DNA from: Candidatus Methanomethylophilaceae archaeon
GTDB taxonomy: Archaea; Thermoplasmatota; Thermoplasmata; Methanomassiliicoccales; Methanomethylophilaceae
Direction: 5' to 3'
DNA length: 64,000 nucleotides
Assembly (NCBI GenBank): GCA_016297775.1
Contig: JAEDGA010000003.1
Span: 2,535 to 66,534 of the forward strand
Shown: positions 36,539 to 45,283 of the stretch, one piece after another
How the letters are laid out: the number at the start of each line of letters is the position of its first letter
Position numbering within the stretch: the stretch's first letter is position 1
The notes under the pieces: generated by a model
Seen by the model: the letters and a program-made list of their open reading frames with translations, nothing else
The model's database searches: none
What the model was told of the DNA's origin: nothing
Translations under genes and position numbers: made by a program

Positions 36539-38028
36539 AGCTGAAGGTAAGATCGTACGATCTGGACTCCTCGGAGCCTGCGGTCATCATCCATGACGAC
36601 GACTGCAGGGAGCTCGGAGTGAAGGTCCACGACCGTGTAAGGGTCACATCCAGGGACGTATGGATCTCCTTGGTGGACAATTCCGATACCATCCTCGAGA
36701 GGGGAGAGATCCTGGTTCCGAACATATACATCCGCCGTCACGGACTCAAGGACGGCGATATCGTGGATGTCGTACATTCTCCGAAGCCGGATTCCGTCGT
36801 CTACATAAGGAAGAAGATGGACGGTAAGAAACTGGAGAAGGACGAGATCTGTGCGGTGGTAAATGACATCCTGGAGGCGAAGCTGTCCAATATCGAGGTA
36901 TCGGCATGGCTCACCTCGCTCTACATCAACGGTATGGATCTCGAGGAGATCGCATACTTCACAAACGCGATGGTGGACACCGGGGAGAGGATCGTCTTCG
37001 ACCGCGAACCCGTGTTCGACTTCCACAGCGTGGGCGGTGTCCCCGGTAACAAGGTCACGCCCATCGTCGTTTCCATCGTCGCCGCCGCGGGACTCATGCT
37101 TCCCAAGACCTCATCACGTGCCATCAGCAGCGCCTGCGGAACCTCCGATTTCGTGGAGACTTTCTGCAACGTGGAGCTCAGTGCGGAGCAGGTGAAGAAG
37201 ATCTCCGAGGATGTCGGTGCGGTGTTCGCATGGGGAGGTTCCATGAATCTGGCACCTGTGGATGATATCGTGATAAAGGTGGAGAACCCGCTCGGTATCA
37301 ACCCCCGCGCACAGATGCTCGCATCCATCATGAGCAAGAAGCTCGCAATCGGTGCCAACAACCTCCTTGTGGATATCCCCATGGGTGCGGGTACAAAGAT
37401 CCCGACACTCAACGTCGCACGCGCATACGTACGCGACTTCACCGAACTCGGTGACAAGCTGGGTATGCATGTGGAATGTGCCATCACGTATGCGGACCAG
37501 CCCGTCGGACAGGCCGTAGGTCCGATCCTCGAGGCGAGGGAATGCATCCGTGTCCTGGAGGGTGATAAACATCCCGGAAGCGTCGTGGAGAAGGCATGCG
37601 CACTGGCAGGCATGATCCTGGAGATGGGCGGCATCCCCAACGGAATGGACAAGGCGCACGAGCTGTTGGAATCCGGTGCGGCCATGACCAAGTTCCGCGA
37701 GATCGTCGCGGCACAGGGCGGCAACTACGACATCAAATCATCCGACCTGGTGCCCGGAAAGTACACGCAGGACATAGTCGCCACCAAATCCGGTTATGTG
37801 CACTCCATTGACAACAAGGCGATCGTACAGATAGCCAGGGCATCCGGTTCCCCGTCCGACAAGGGTGCGGGACTGTTGATCTTCAAGAAGAGGGGTCAGA
37901 GGGTGGAGAAGGGAGATGTCATCCTCCGCATCCACGCCGACAACGAGGCCAAATGCGTACGCGCAAAGGAGCTGGCACTGCGTCTCACCCCCATCTCAAT
38001 CGAAGGTATGCTGATCGAGAAGGGATGA
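36535..38028 (+). CDS. deoA: AMP phosphorylase (thymidine phosphorylase family, archaeal DeoA)
   Basis: The N-terminal extra domain (MKLKVRSYDLDSSEPAVIIHDDD...) is characteristic of AMPpase. SVGGVPGNKVT and SSRAISSACGTSD are also present. ATGA overlap with rbcL. Confidence 0.85.
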   Translation: MKLKVRSYDLDSSEPAVIIHDDDCRELGVKVHDRVRVTSRDVWISLVDNSDTILERGEILVPNIYIRRHGLKDGDIVDVVHSPKPDSVVYIRKKMDGKKLEKDEICAVVNDILEAKLSNIEVSAWLTSLYINGMDLEEIAYFTNAMVDTGERIVFDREPVFDFHSVGGVPGNKVTPIVVSIVAAAGLMLPKTSSRAISSACGTSDFVETFCNVELSAEQVKKISEDVGAVFAWGGSMNLAPVDDIVIKVENPLGINPRAQMLASIMSKKLAIGANNLLVDIPMGAGTKIPTLNVARAYVRDFTELGDKLGMHVECAITYADQPVGQAVGPILEARECIRVLEGDKHPGSVVEKACALAGMILEMGGIPNGMDKAHELLESGAAMTKFREIVAAQGGNYDIKSSDLVPGKYTQDIVATKSGYVHSIDNKAIVQIARASGSPSDKGAGLLIFKKRGQRVEKGDVILRIHADNEAKCVRAKELALRLTPISIEGMLIEKG

Positions 38029-38029
38029 G

Positions 38030-38848
38030 ATGTCCAGAAGACTCTGTTTCACGGTGGACCTTGACCGCGATGTCAACGACCCGGTCATAGGTTCCTCCGC
38101 AGCCATATCCCTGGATAGGGGGGACGGGAACGCACCCCGTTTCACCTCGTCCGAGAAAGGTACGGGTATAATCCTGGATCTGTTGGACGATCTGGGTATG
38201 AAGGCCACGTTCTTCGCCGAGGCCAGGACGCTGGAGCGTACCCACGTGGGGAGGACGATATCCGGACACGAGGTCGGGATGCACGGGTTGGACCACGAGG
38301 ACTTCACCGGTTCCCGTACCGAGGTATATCTGGGTCATGGGGAGATGCGCAGGATTGTGGAGAAGTCCATACAGATCATACGCGACGAGGTGGGACGTTC
38401 TCCCGTCGGATTCCGCTCGCCGTACATGGATCCGAATGAGGAGATGCTGGATTTCCTCTACGAGTACGGCATATCCTATGATTCGTCCAGATATACGTAC
38501 GTGTCCGACAGGATCGTGCCGACACCCTCCGGAAGCATCTGTCTCACCGAACTGCCGGCGCTGAAGGGTGCGGATGCGGCAGGTAAAGCGATAACATCAT
38601 ACCTCTGGCCGATGCACGAGGGGAAGAGGGATCCCGGGGATTTCATATCCTTCTTCGACAGGGTCAAGGAAGGGGTATGCGTCGTAGCCACCCACAGCTG
38701 GCACATGGCGGAGACACGTTCAGGCGGCCCCATGTCCGACGAGGAGATCGGCAGGAACTACGACCGTACCAGGAAGGTCCTGGCGGACCTGATCGATTCC
38801 GGCTTCGAACCCGTGGATGCGCGTACGGCGGCATCCCATATGTTTTGA
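38030..38848 (+). CDS. polysaccharide deacetylase (CE4/NodB-homology) family protein
   Basis: CFTVDLDRD, KATFFAE, GHEVGMHGLDHE and FRSPYMD are NodB-type motifs. ATG lies 1 nt after the deoA stop. Confidence 0.75.
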   Translation: MSRRLCFTVDLDRDVNDPVIGSSAAISLDRGDGNAPRFTSSEKGTGIILDLLDDLGMKATFFAEARTLERTHVGRTISGHEVGMHGLDHEDFTGSRTEVYLGHGEMRRIVEKSIQIIRDEVGRSPVGFRSPYMDPNEEMLDFLYEYGISYDSSRYTYVSDRIVPTPSGSICLTELPALKGADAAGKAITSYLWPMHEGKRDPGDFISFFDRVKEGVCVVATHSWHMAETRSGGPMSDEEIGRNYDRTRKVLADLIDSGFEPVDARTAASHMF

Positions 38849-38857
38849 AGTCCATCC

Positions 38858-38875
38858 GGAGGGGGAATCCCCTCC
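38858..38875 (+). terminator. hairpin after the deacetylase gene
   Basis: GGAGGGG-GAAT-CCCCTCC lies 9 nt after the stop, followed by the AT-rich CATATACTTTTAAAGC (probable folD TATA). Confidence 0.4.
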
Positions 38876-38910
38876 CATATACTTTTAAAGCATAGGGAGA
38901 TAACGAGCCC

Positions 38911-39789
38911 ATGTCTTGCAAGATTATCTCCGGTCCAGAGGTCGCCGGACAGATCTATGATGAGCTCCGCGTCAGGATCGACAGGATGAAGTCCTCCGGA
39001 CTCACGCCCGGGCTGGCAGTCATCCTCGTAGGCAACGATCCCGCATCCCAGGTGTACGTCCGCAACAAGGGCAGGAAATGCGAGGAGCTCGGAATGCACT
39101 CCGAGACCATAGTGCTTCCCGAGGAGACCACGGAGGAGGAACTTCTTGCAAGGATAGACGCACTCAACAAGGATCCGGCCATACATGGATTCCTGGTCCA
39201 GCTCCCCCTTCCAGGGCACATAGACGAGGACAAGGTCATCCAGGCCATCGACCCCGCCAAGGATGTGGACGGGTTCCACCCCGTCAACGTGGGCAATATG
39301 CTCATCGGTAAGCCCGGATTCCTTCCCGCGACACCCGCAGGCGTACAGCAGATGCTGATACGCTCCGGCATAGAGACGGCAGGTAAGCACGTGGTGGTCG
39401 TAGGCAGGAGCAACATAGTGGGCAAACCCATGGCCGCACTCATGGTGCAGCGCGGTGCGGATTCCACCGTCACCGTCGTACACTCCAGGACCAAGGATCT
39501 CGCATCCATCACCAGACAGGCCGACATATTGATCGTCGCCATAGGCAAGCCCCGTTTCATCACAGAGGACATGGTGAAGGAGGGGGCCGTCGTGATAGAC
39601 GTCGGTACCAACAGGATCGAGGATCCCACGCACCCCAAGGGTTCCAGGCTCGTAGGGGATGTGGATTATGACAATGTATCGAAGAAGGTGTCCGCGATCA
39701 CACCGGTACCGGGAGGCGTAGGCCCCATGACGATATGCATGCTCATGTCGAACACGGTCAAGGCAGCCGAGAATGCCCAGTCACGCTAA
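38911..39789 (+). CDS. folD: bifunctional methylenetetrahydrofolate dehydrogenase/cyclohydrolase
   Basis: PGLAVILVGNDPASQVYVRNK ... HGFLVQLPLP ... VVVGRSNIVGKP ... TPVPGGVGPMT. Confidence 0.95.
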   Translation: MSCKIISGPEVAGQIYDELRVRIDRMKSSGLTPGLAVILVGNDPASQVYVRNKGRKCEELGMHSETIVLPEETTEEELLARIDALNKDPAIHGFLVQLPLPGHIDEDKVIQAIDPAKDVDGFHPVNVGNMLIGKPGFLPATPAGVQQMLIRSGIETAGKHVVVVGRSNIVGKPMAALMVQRGADSTVTVVHSRTKDLASITRQADILIVAIGKPRFITEDMVKEGAVVIDVGTNRIEDPTHPKGSRLVGDVDYDNVSKKVSAITPVPGGVGPMTICMLMSNTVKAAENAQSR

Positions 39790-39803
39790 ACGAGGTAATC
39801 ATC

Positions 39804-40448
39804 ATGATGAGAGAATGCGAGGAGCACGGATACTTCCGTGACGAGGTCTGCCCCATCTGCGGAGAGGAGGGCAAGTTCCTTATGAACGACTATGAGATGG
39901 AGAAGGTCGGACGTATGATGGCCGGAATCCTCAGGCACGGCAAGTACAATCTCCCCATGGACGACCAGGGATTCGTACAGCTCAGGAGGGTGGTCAACGC
40001 CATCAAGGACAACCGCAACCACATGCAGTGGCTCAGACCCCATCACATCATCGCGCTCGTTGAGACCGATCCCAAGGGAAGATACCAGATCTACGGGGAC
40101 CTTATCAGGGCCATGTACGGTCATACCATCCCCCTCGATCTCCAGCTCCCCACGGACAACGTCCCGGACGAGCTCTACTACCCGACGACCCCCGAGGAGG
40201 CCGAGATCATCCTCGAGACCGGACTCATGCCGTCCGACAGGATGATGGTCCACCTTTCGCTCACATATCAGGATGCATACAACGCAGGTTCCGTACGTGT
40301 GGAGGACCCCCTTATCCTCGCCGTGGACGTGGACAGGTGTTTCGATGAAGGATACGACATCGGAAAGGCGGGAAAGACCGTCTTCCTGTGCAAGATGGTC
40401 CCCGCGGACTGTCTGAGAATCATTCACGAAGAGGAACTGAACGATTGA
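39804..40448 (+). CDS. kptA: RNA 2'-phosphotransferase (Tpt1/KptA) with N-terminal Zn-knuckle-like extension
   Basis: MAGILRHGKYNLPMDDQGFV ... GRYQIYGDLIRAMYGHT ... MVHLS. The N-terminus reads CEEHGYFRDEVCPICGE. Start moved to MMRECEE. Confidence 0.85.
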   Translation: MMRECEEHGYFRDEVCPICGEEGKFLMNDYEMEKVGRMMAGILRHGKYNLPMDDQGFVQLRRVVNAIKDNRNHMQWLRPHHIIALVETDPKGRYQIYGDLIRAMYGHTIPLDLQLPTDNVPDELYYPTTPEEAEIILETGLMPSDRMMVHLSLTYQDAYNAGSVRVEDPLILAVDVDRCFDEGYDIGKAGKTVFLCKMVPADCLRIIHEEELND

Positions 40449-40456
40449 GGGATCAA

Positions 40457-41404
40457 ATGTCTGAGATTCTTACACCGGAGCAGGTAAAGGCGAAGTACGG
40501 CCCCATGTTCTGCAAGGGCTTTACTACGATGGTAGACGAGAAGAACGGATGCGCACAGATCATCGAGTCATGCTCATCCAGGGGCCCCAGGGAATGGGAC
40601 GTCGTCAACAGGAGAAGGACCAAAGGCATCATCACCGAGATCTACGACCAGGGACACATCGTAATGAACGTGGAGATCGGGGAGAAGGATCTCAATTTCG
40701 GTCCCGCATCCTCCGAACTCGGAGGACAGGGCATCTACTCCCTCCGTGTGGAGGGCGACAGGGTGCACACCAAGTGGAAGGGCATTGCAGGAGCATCCGT
40801 CGGTGTGGGTGCATGCATACCCCAGGCCGACGATGTCATCGAGACCATCTACCCCGATGATTTCAGGATCGGCGGAGCATACGTGGCGGATGTGGAGATC
40901 GTCTCCCGCAAGAGGGTACGTCTCGTCATCGGTGTCGACGATACCGACACCCCTCAGCAGGGTGCATCCTGGGTCCTCACCATGAAGCTCGGAAGGGAGT
41001 GCCCTTACGGAAAGTACCTGGACCACAAGATCATCCAGCTCAACCCCAAGGCACCCAACAAGACCACCAACTGCTGTTCCACCGCAGTCGCGTTCGCGGC
41101 CACCGAGGAGGAGGTCCCGAAGATCATAGAATTCGCGAAGGAGTTCATCAAGAAGGGATCCTACTCGGAGGATACCGTCATGACATCCTACATCGGTCTC
41201 AAGATCCCGGACGACCTCAGGGACTGGTCCTGGAACGCGAAATCCATCCTCTACACGATCGAGGAGGCGGAGGAAGCGGCCAAGAGGAACGGTGTGGAGA
41301 TCTACCACATCACAGGTAACAAAGGTACCATCGGTGCCGTCGCCGCGATCGGATGTTTCGATCTCGGTCTCAAGGCAGCCGGAGTCCCGGAGGACTTCGA
41401 ATGA
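40457..41404 (+). CDS. uncharacterised protein with TiaS/DUF1743-like IGVDDTDT motif in its C-terminal half
   Basis: 315 aa. RLVIGVDDTDTPQQGASWV resembles the N-terminal kinase-domain motif of TiaS. The N-terminal 160 aa are unrecognised. ATG at 40457 lies 8 nt after the kptA stop, and the stop overlaps the uppS start. Confidence 0.6.
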   Translation: MSEILTPEQVKAKYGPMFCKGFTTMVDEKNGCAQIIESCSSRGPREWDVVNRRRTKGIITEIYDQGHIVMNVEIGEKDLNFGPASSELGGQGIYSLRVEGDRVHTKWKGIAGASVGVGACIPQADDVIETIYPDDFRIGGAYVADVEIVSRKRVRLVIGVDDTDTPQQGASWVLTMKLGRECPYGKYLDHKIIQLNPKAPNKTTNCCSTAVAFAATEEEVPKIIEFAKEFIKKGSYSEDTVMTSYIGLKIPDDLRDWSWNAKSILYTIEEAEEAAKRNGVEIYHITGNKGTIGAVAAIGCFDLGLKAAGVPEDFE

Positions 41405-42177
41405 CCTTGACCGGCCTCCTCACCAACACGGGGTATTCCATCTACGAGGAACGTCTCGAGAAGGAGGTGGCCGAGAAACCCATTCCAAAACACATCGCCA
41501 TCATAATGGACGGGAACAGGAGATACGCCAAGGAGCAGGGCCTGGAACCCAGGGAGGGTCACATGGCCGGTAAGGAGAAGATCAAGGATGTACTTGATTG
41601 GTGCATGAAGCTCGGTGTGAAGAACCTCACCGTGTATGCATTCTCCACCGAGAACTTCAACAGGGAGCCGGACGAGGTGGATTTCCTCATGGATCTCATC
41701 GCCCAGTCCCTGAAGGAGCTGGCGGACGATCAGCGTATACACAACAACAAGGTACGTCTCAGAGTCATCGGAGAGAGGGATCTGATCCCGGAGGAGATGA
41801 TGGACGCCATCTCCTACGCCGAAGGCAGGACCGAGTCGTACGGCGACTATTGTTTCAGTATGGCGATAGCATACGGCGGAAGACAGGAGATAGTCAACGC
41901 CGTCAAGGACGTCGCATCCCGTGTCAAATCCGGAGAGCTGGATGTCCAGGACATCGACGAGAATCTCCTGTCCAACTGCATGTACACATTCGAGGTGCCG
42001 GATCCGGATCTGGTCCTCAGGACCTCCGGGGAGTTCAGGTTGTCCAATTTCCTGTTGTGGCAGCTGGCATATTCGGAATTGTATTTCACGGACGTATATT
42101 GGCCCAGTTTCAGGTACATCGACTTCCTCAGGGCGATAAGGTCCTATCAGCAACGTGCCAGACGCTTCGGCACGTGA
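41401..42177 (+). CDS. uppS: cis-prenyltransferase (undecaprenyl diphosphate synthase family)
   Basis: HIAIIMDGNRRYA ... LTVYAFSTENFNR ... RTSGEFRLSNFLLWQLAYSELYF. ATGA overlap with the upstream gene. Confidence 0.9.
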   Translation: MTLTGLLTNTGYSIYEERLEKEVAEKPIPKHIAIIMDGNRRYAKEQGLEPREGHMAGKEKIKDVLDWCMKLGVKNLTVYAFSTENFNREPDEVDFLMDLIAQSLKELADDQRIHNNKVRLRVIGERDLIPEEMMDAISYAEGRTESYGDYCFSMAIAYGGRQEIVNAVKDVASRVKSGELDVQDIDENLLSNCMYTFEVPDPDLVLRTSGEFRLSNFLLWQLAYSELYFTDVYWPSFRYIDFLRAIRSYQQRARRFGT

Positions 42178-42189
42178 AGGTGACAAACC

Positions 42190-43932
42190 ATGGCAACAGA
42201 CATCGTATTCATACACGCACCCACGGTGTACGACTTCAGGAAGAAGCCCATATTCTATGGGCCCGTCAGTGACGTCGTACCATCATCCCCCGTATTCGAG
42301 ATGTATCCCATCGGATTCATGACCATGTCCTCCCATCTGGAGGCCGCAGGATTCAAGACCAGGATCGTGAACTTGGCCGTGATGATGCTCCAGAACAAGA
42401 AGGTGGATGTGGAGCGCGTGATCGAGAAGCTGCACGCCAAGGTGTACGCCATCGATCTCCACTGGATGCCCCACTGTCACGGTTCCATCGAGATCGCAAA
42501 GATCGTCAAGAAGTATCATCCGGATGCGATCGTGGAGTTCGGAGGATTCTCCTCATCCTACTTCTACGAGGATCTGATCCAGCGCCCGTACATCGATATG
42601 GTCATGCGCGGGGACTCCACCGAGCTCCCTCATGTCAAGCTGATGCAGGTGCTCACCGACGGAGGCAACCTGGAGGATGTCCCCAACCTCACGTGGAAGG
42701 ACAGGGACGGAAGGGTACACGTCAACCCCATCACCAATATCCCAGATGATCTGGATTGGTGCATGTTCGATTACGGTACGATGATCAAGTGCACCCTCAG
42801 GAACAGGGATATCAAGGGCGCACTGCCCTGGTTGGGCTGGGACAAGCTTCCTTTGACATCGGTGTTCACGGTCCGCGGATGCAATCTCAACTGTGCCGAG
42901 TGCGGAGGTTCCCATGCCGCCAACAAGAGACTCCTGTGCAGGAATCACGCGGCCTTCAGGAGCCCGGAGAAGCTGGTGGAGGACATGTCCATCATCCAAA
43001 GCTACCTCGACACCCCCATCTTCGTCATAGGGGATCCACGTCAGGGAGGGAAGGACTATGTCGAGCGCATGGTGAAGGCCGCCAGGAAGGAGGGTATCAA
43101 GAACCATGTGGCATTCGAGATTTTCAACCCCGGTAACGAGGAGTTCTTCTCGCAACTGCAGCACGGTTTCGGAGAGTACTCCATGGAGATATCTCCGGAT
43201 TCAAGCGATGAGATCGTCAGGATCGCCATGGGTAAGAACTACGACAACAAATCGGTGGAGAAGACCCTCACGTCCGCATTCGCCAACGGATGCGCCCGTT
43301 TCGATGTGTTCTACATGACCGGTCTTCCGGAGCAGACCGTCGAGTCCGCAATGAACAGCTCCCGCGAAGCGAGGAACCTCTGGAACGCCGTAGGTAGGAA
43401 CGACAACCTGTTCATCTACACCGCACCCTTCGCACCCTTCGTGGATCCCGGAAGCAGGGCATTCGAAGAGCCGGAGAGGTGGGGATACAGGTTCTTCGCA
43501 AGGACCCTCGACGAGCACAGGGCGCTCCTCGAGAACCCCTCGTGGAAACACGTCCTATCGTACGAGACCAAGTGGATGACCAGGGACATGATCGCGGACG
43601 TCTCCTACGATGCCGCTCTGGAGCTGGCACATATAGAATTGGAGTGCGGACGCACCACCAAGGAGGCATACGACGAGCGCGTGGAGAGGACCAATATAGC
43701 CAGAGACCTCATGCACCGCATCGACGACATCCTCACGATCAAGGACGAGAGTACACGTACGGCGAAGCTCTGGGACATCAAGGAGGAGGGTGAGAGGATG
43801 ATGGCCTCCACCGTCTGCAACAAGAAGGATCTCGACTGGGACGCAGGTTCCATCTGGTCCAACGGACCCAGGGTCGTATGCGGGCTCATCAAGTCCTCTT
43901 GGCCGTTCAACAGGAGGAAGAAGGCGCTCTGA
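42190..43932 (+). CDS. radical SAM protein with N-terminal B12-binding-type domain
   Basis: IVFIHAP...MYPIGFMTMSSHLEAAGF is a Rossmann-like B12-binding-domain pattern. VRGCNLNCAECGG is the CX3CX2C radical SAM motif. 580 aa. Confidence 0.8.
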   Translation: MATDIVFIHAPTVYDFRKKPIFYGPVSDVVPSSPVFEMYPIGFMTMSSHLEAAGFKTRIVNLAVMMLQNKKVDVERVIEKLHAKVYAIDLHWMPHCHGSIEIAKIVKKYHPDAIVEFGGFSSSYFYEDLIQRPYIDMVMRGDSTELPHVKLMQVLTDGGNLEDVPNLTWKDRDGRVHVNPITNIPDDLDWCMFDYGTMIKCTLRNRDIKGALPWLGWDKLPLTSVFTVRGCNLNCAECGGSHAANKRLLCRNHAAFRSPEKLVEDMSIIQSYLDTPIFVIGDPRQGGKDYVERMVKAARKEGIKNHVAFEIFNPGNEEFFSQLQHGFGEYSMEISPDSSDEIVRIAMGKNYDNKSVEKTLTSAFANGCARFDVFYMTGLPEQTVESAMNSSREARNLWNAVGRNDNLFIYTAPFAPFVDPGSRAFEEPERWGYRFFARTLDEHRALLENPSWKHVLSYETKWMTRDMIADVSYDAALELAHIELECGRTTKEAYDERVERTNIARDLMHRIDDILTIKDESTRTAKLWDIKEEGERMMASTVCNKKDLDWDAGSIWSNGPRVVCGLIKSSWPFNRRKKAL

Positions 43933-43983
43933 GCGCCTCTCCTCCAAACAATTTTCAGTTCTCTATAATAATAAAATAAAGGC

Positions 43984-44793
43984 TCAGAACCTCTTGCCGA
44001 GCTCTCTGGCCTTCTCCGCGCATGCCTGTACCGCAGATATCATCGCGCCCCTCATGCCACGGTCCTCCAGCACCTTCACGCCCTCAATGGTGCTTCCCCC
44101 GGGGGAGCAGACCATATCCTTCAGCTGGTCGGGGTGCTTTCCGGATTCCATCAGTGTCACGGCGGATCCCAACATGGTCTGTGCTGCGAGCTTGATGGAC
44201 ATGTCCCTGGGTAGTCCGAGGAGCACTCCGGCATCGGCCATGGCATCCACGATCATGAACATGAACGCAGGCGAACTGCCAGAGATCGCGGACACGGCAT
44301 CGATATCCTTCTCCTTCACCTCGAAGCAGATGCCCACCGCTTCGAACACCTCCTTCACGACCTGAATGTCCTTTTCTGTACAATCTTCGGAATACGAAAA
44401 ACACGTCGCTCCTACGAAATTCGTACTGCAAATGTTGGGCATGACCCTTATAACTTTACTATCTGGCACATAATTTTTCAGTGTCTCGATGGTCACTCCC
44501 GCGGCTATGCTTACGAGGGTGTGTCCCGCCCCGAAACCGAGATTCTCGGAGGAGAACACGCCACCTATCTGCTGCGGTTTGACGGAGAGGACAACGACGT
44601 CGGAGGAACGTACTACCTCCGCGTTCGATGCCACGACATCGATCCCGAGGCTCTCCTTCGCAGCCTCCCTGGATTTCTCGTGAGGGTTGCTGGCGATGAT
44701 CTCGTCACGGCCGAATAGGCCCTTGTCGACAATCCCTTTGATGATGGCGGATGCCATCTTACCGGTACCGATGAATCCGATTCTGTAGGTCAT
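43984..44793 (-). CDS. proC: pyrroline-5-carboxylate reductase
   Basis: IGFIGTGKMASAI ... RVMPN ... SSPAFMFM ... VCSPGGSTIEG. Confidence 0.9.
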   Translation of the reverse strand: MTYRIGFIGTGKMASAIIKGIVDKGLFGRDEIIASNPHEKSREAAKESLGIDVVASNAEVVRSSDVVVLSVKPQQIGGVFSSENLGFGAGHTLVSIAAGVTIETLKNYVPDSKVIRVMPNICSTNFVGATCFSYSEDCTEKDIQVVKEVFEAVGICFEVKEKDIDAVSAISGSSPAFMFMIVDAMADAGVLLGLPRDMSIKLAAQTMLGSAVTLMESGKHPDQLKDMVCSPGGSTIEGVKVLEDRGMRGAMISAVQACAEKARELGKRF

Positions 44794-44859
44794 GTTGGTC
44801 CCGTGATTATGAGCGCGCCTTCTATTAACGTCTTCGGAACGTGCGCCAGCATGCGTACC

Positions 44860-44876
44860 TATATTATATTATATTA
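44860..44876. repeat. (TATAT)x3 microsatellite in the proC/nuoA divergent spacer
   Basis: TATATTATATTATATTA. Confidence 0.6.
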
Positions 44877-44889
44877 CGCGCCATAAACC

Positions 44890-44897
44890 TTTAATAA
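44890..44897 (+). promoter_or_regulatory. candidate TATA box for the nuo/fpo operon (near-leaderless nuoA)
   Basis: TTTAATAA lies 24-31 nt upstream of ATG 44921. Confidence 0.45.
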
Positions 44898-44920
44898 GTA
44901 CATCCCATGTTGGACGACCA

Positions 44921-45283
44921 ATGTCACTAGTTGTGAGTTATATACCAATGGCGGTGCTGGGAGTTCTGGCTCTCGGCTTCTCCCCACTCGCATGGTGGAT
45001 GTCTAGGTTCCTCAGACCTAAGAAGCCGTCCCAGTGGCAGGACACAACCTATGAGTGCGGTTCAGAACCGATAGGTATCGCACGCGTCCAGTTCAGGTTC
45101 CAATACTATGCTTTCGGAATCATCTTCGTCGTCTTCGACCTGGTCGCTACGTTCCTTATGATCTGGGCCGTTGCCTACTCGTCCCTTTCGACGCAGGCCA
45201 CGGTCATTGTTCTGGCATTCTTGGGTATGCTCCTGCTGGGCGTCGCTTACGCACTTAAGAAGGAGGAAACCATATGGATATGA
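44921..45283 (+). CDS. nuoA: NADH-quinone / F420H2 dehydrogenase-like complex subunit A
   Basis: YECGSEPIG ... FRFQYYAFGIIFVVFDL is the NuoA signature. 120 aa, 3 TM. Confidence 0.9.
   Translation: MSLVVSYIPMAVLGVLALGFSPLAWWMSRFLRPKKPSQWQDTTYECGSEPIGIARVQFRFQYYAFGIIFVVFDLVATFLMIWAVAYSSLSTQATVIVLAFLGMLLLGVAYALKKEETIWI

Noticed and set aside
44907-44930. Upstream mini-ORF ATG...TAG overlapping the nuoA start
   Set aside because: It is only 7 codons long and out of frame with nuoA. It lies in or downstream of the predicted transcription start region, and nothing suggests it is translated.
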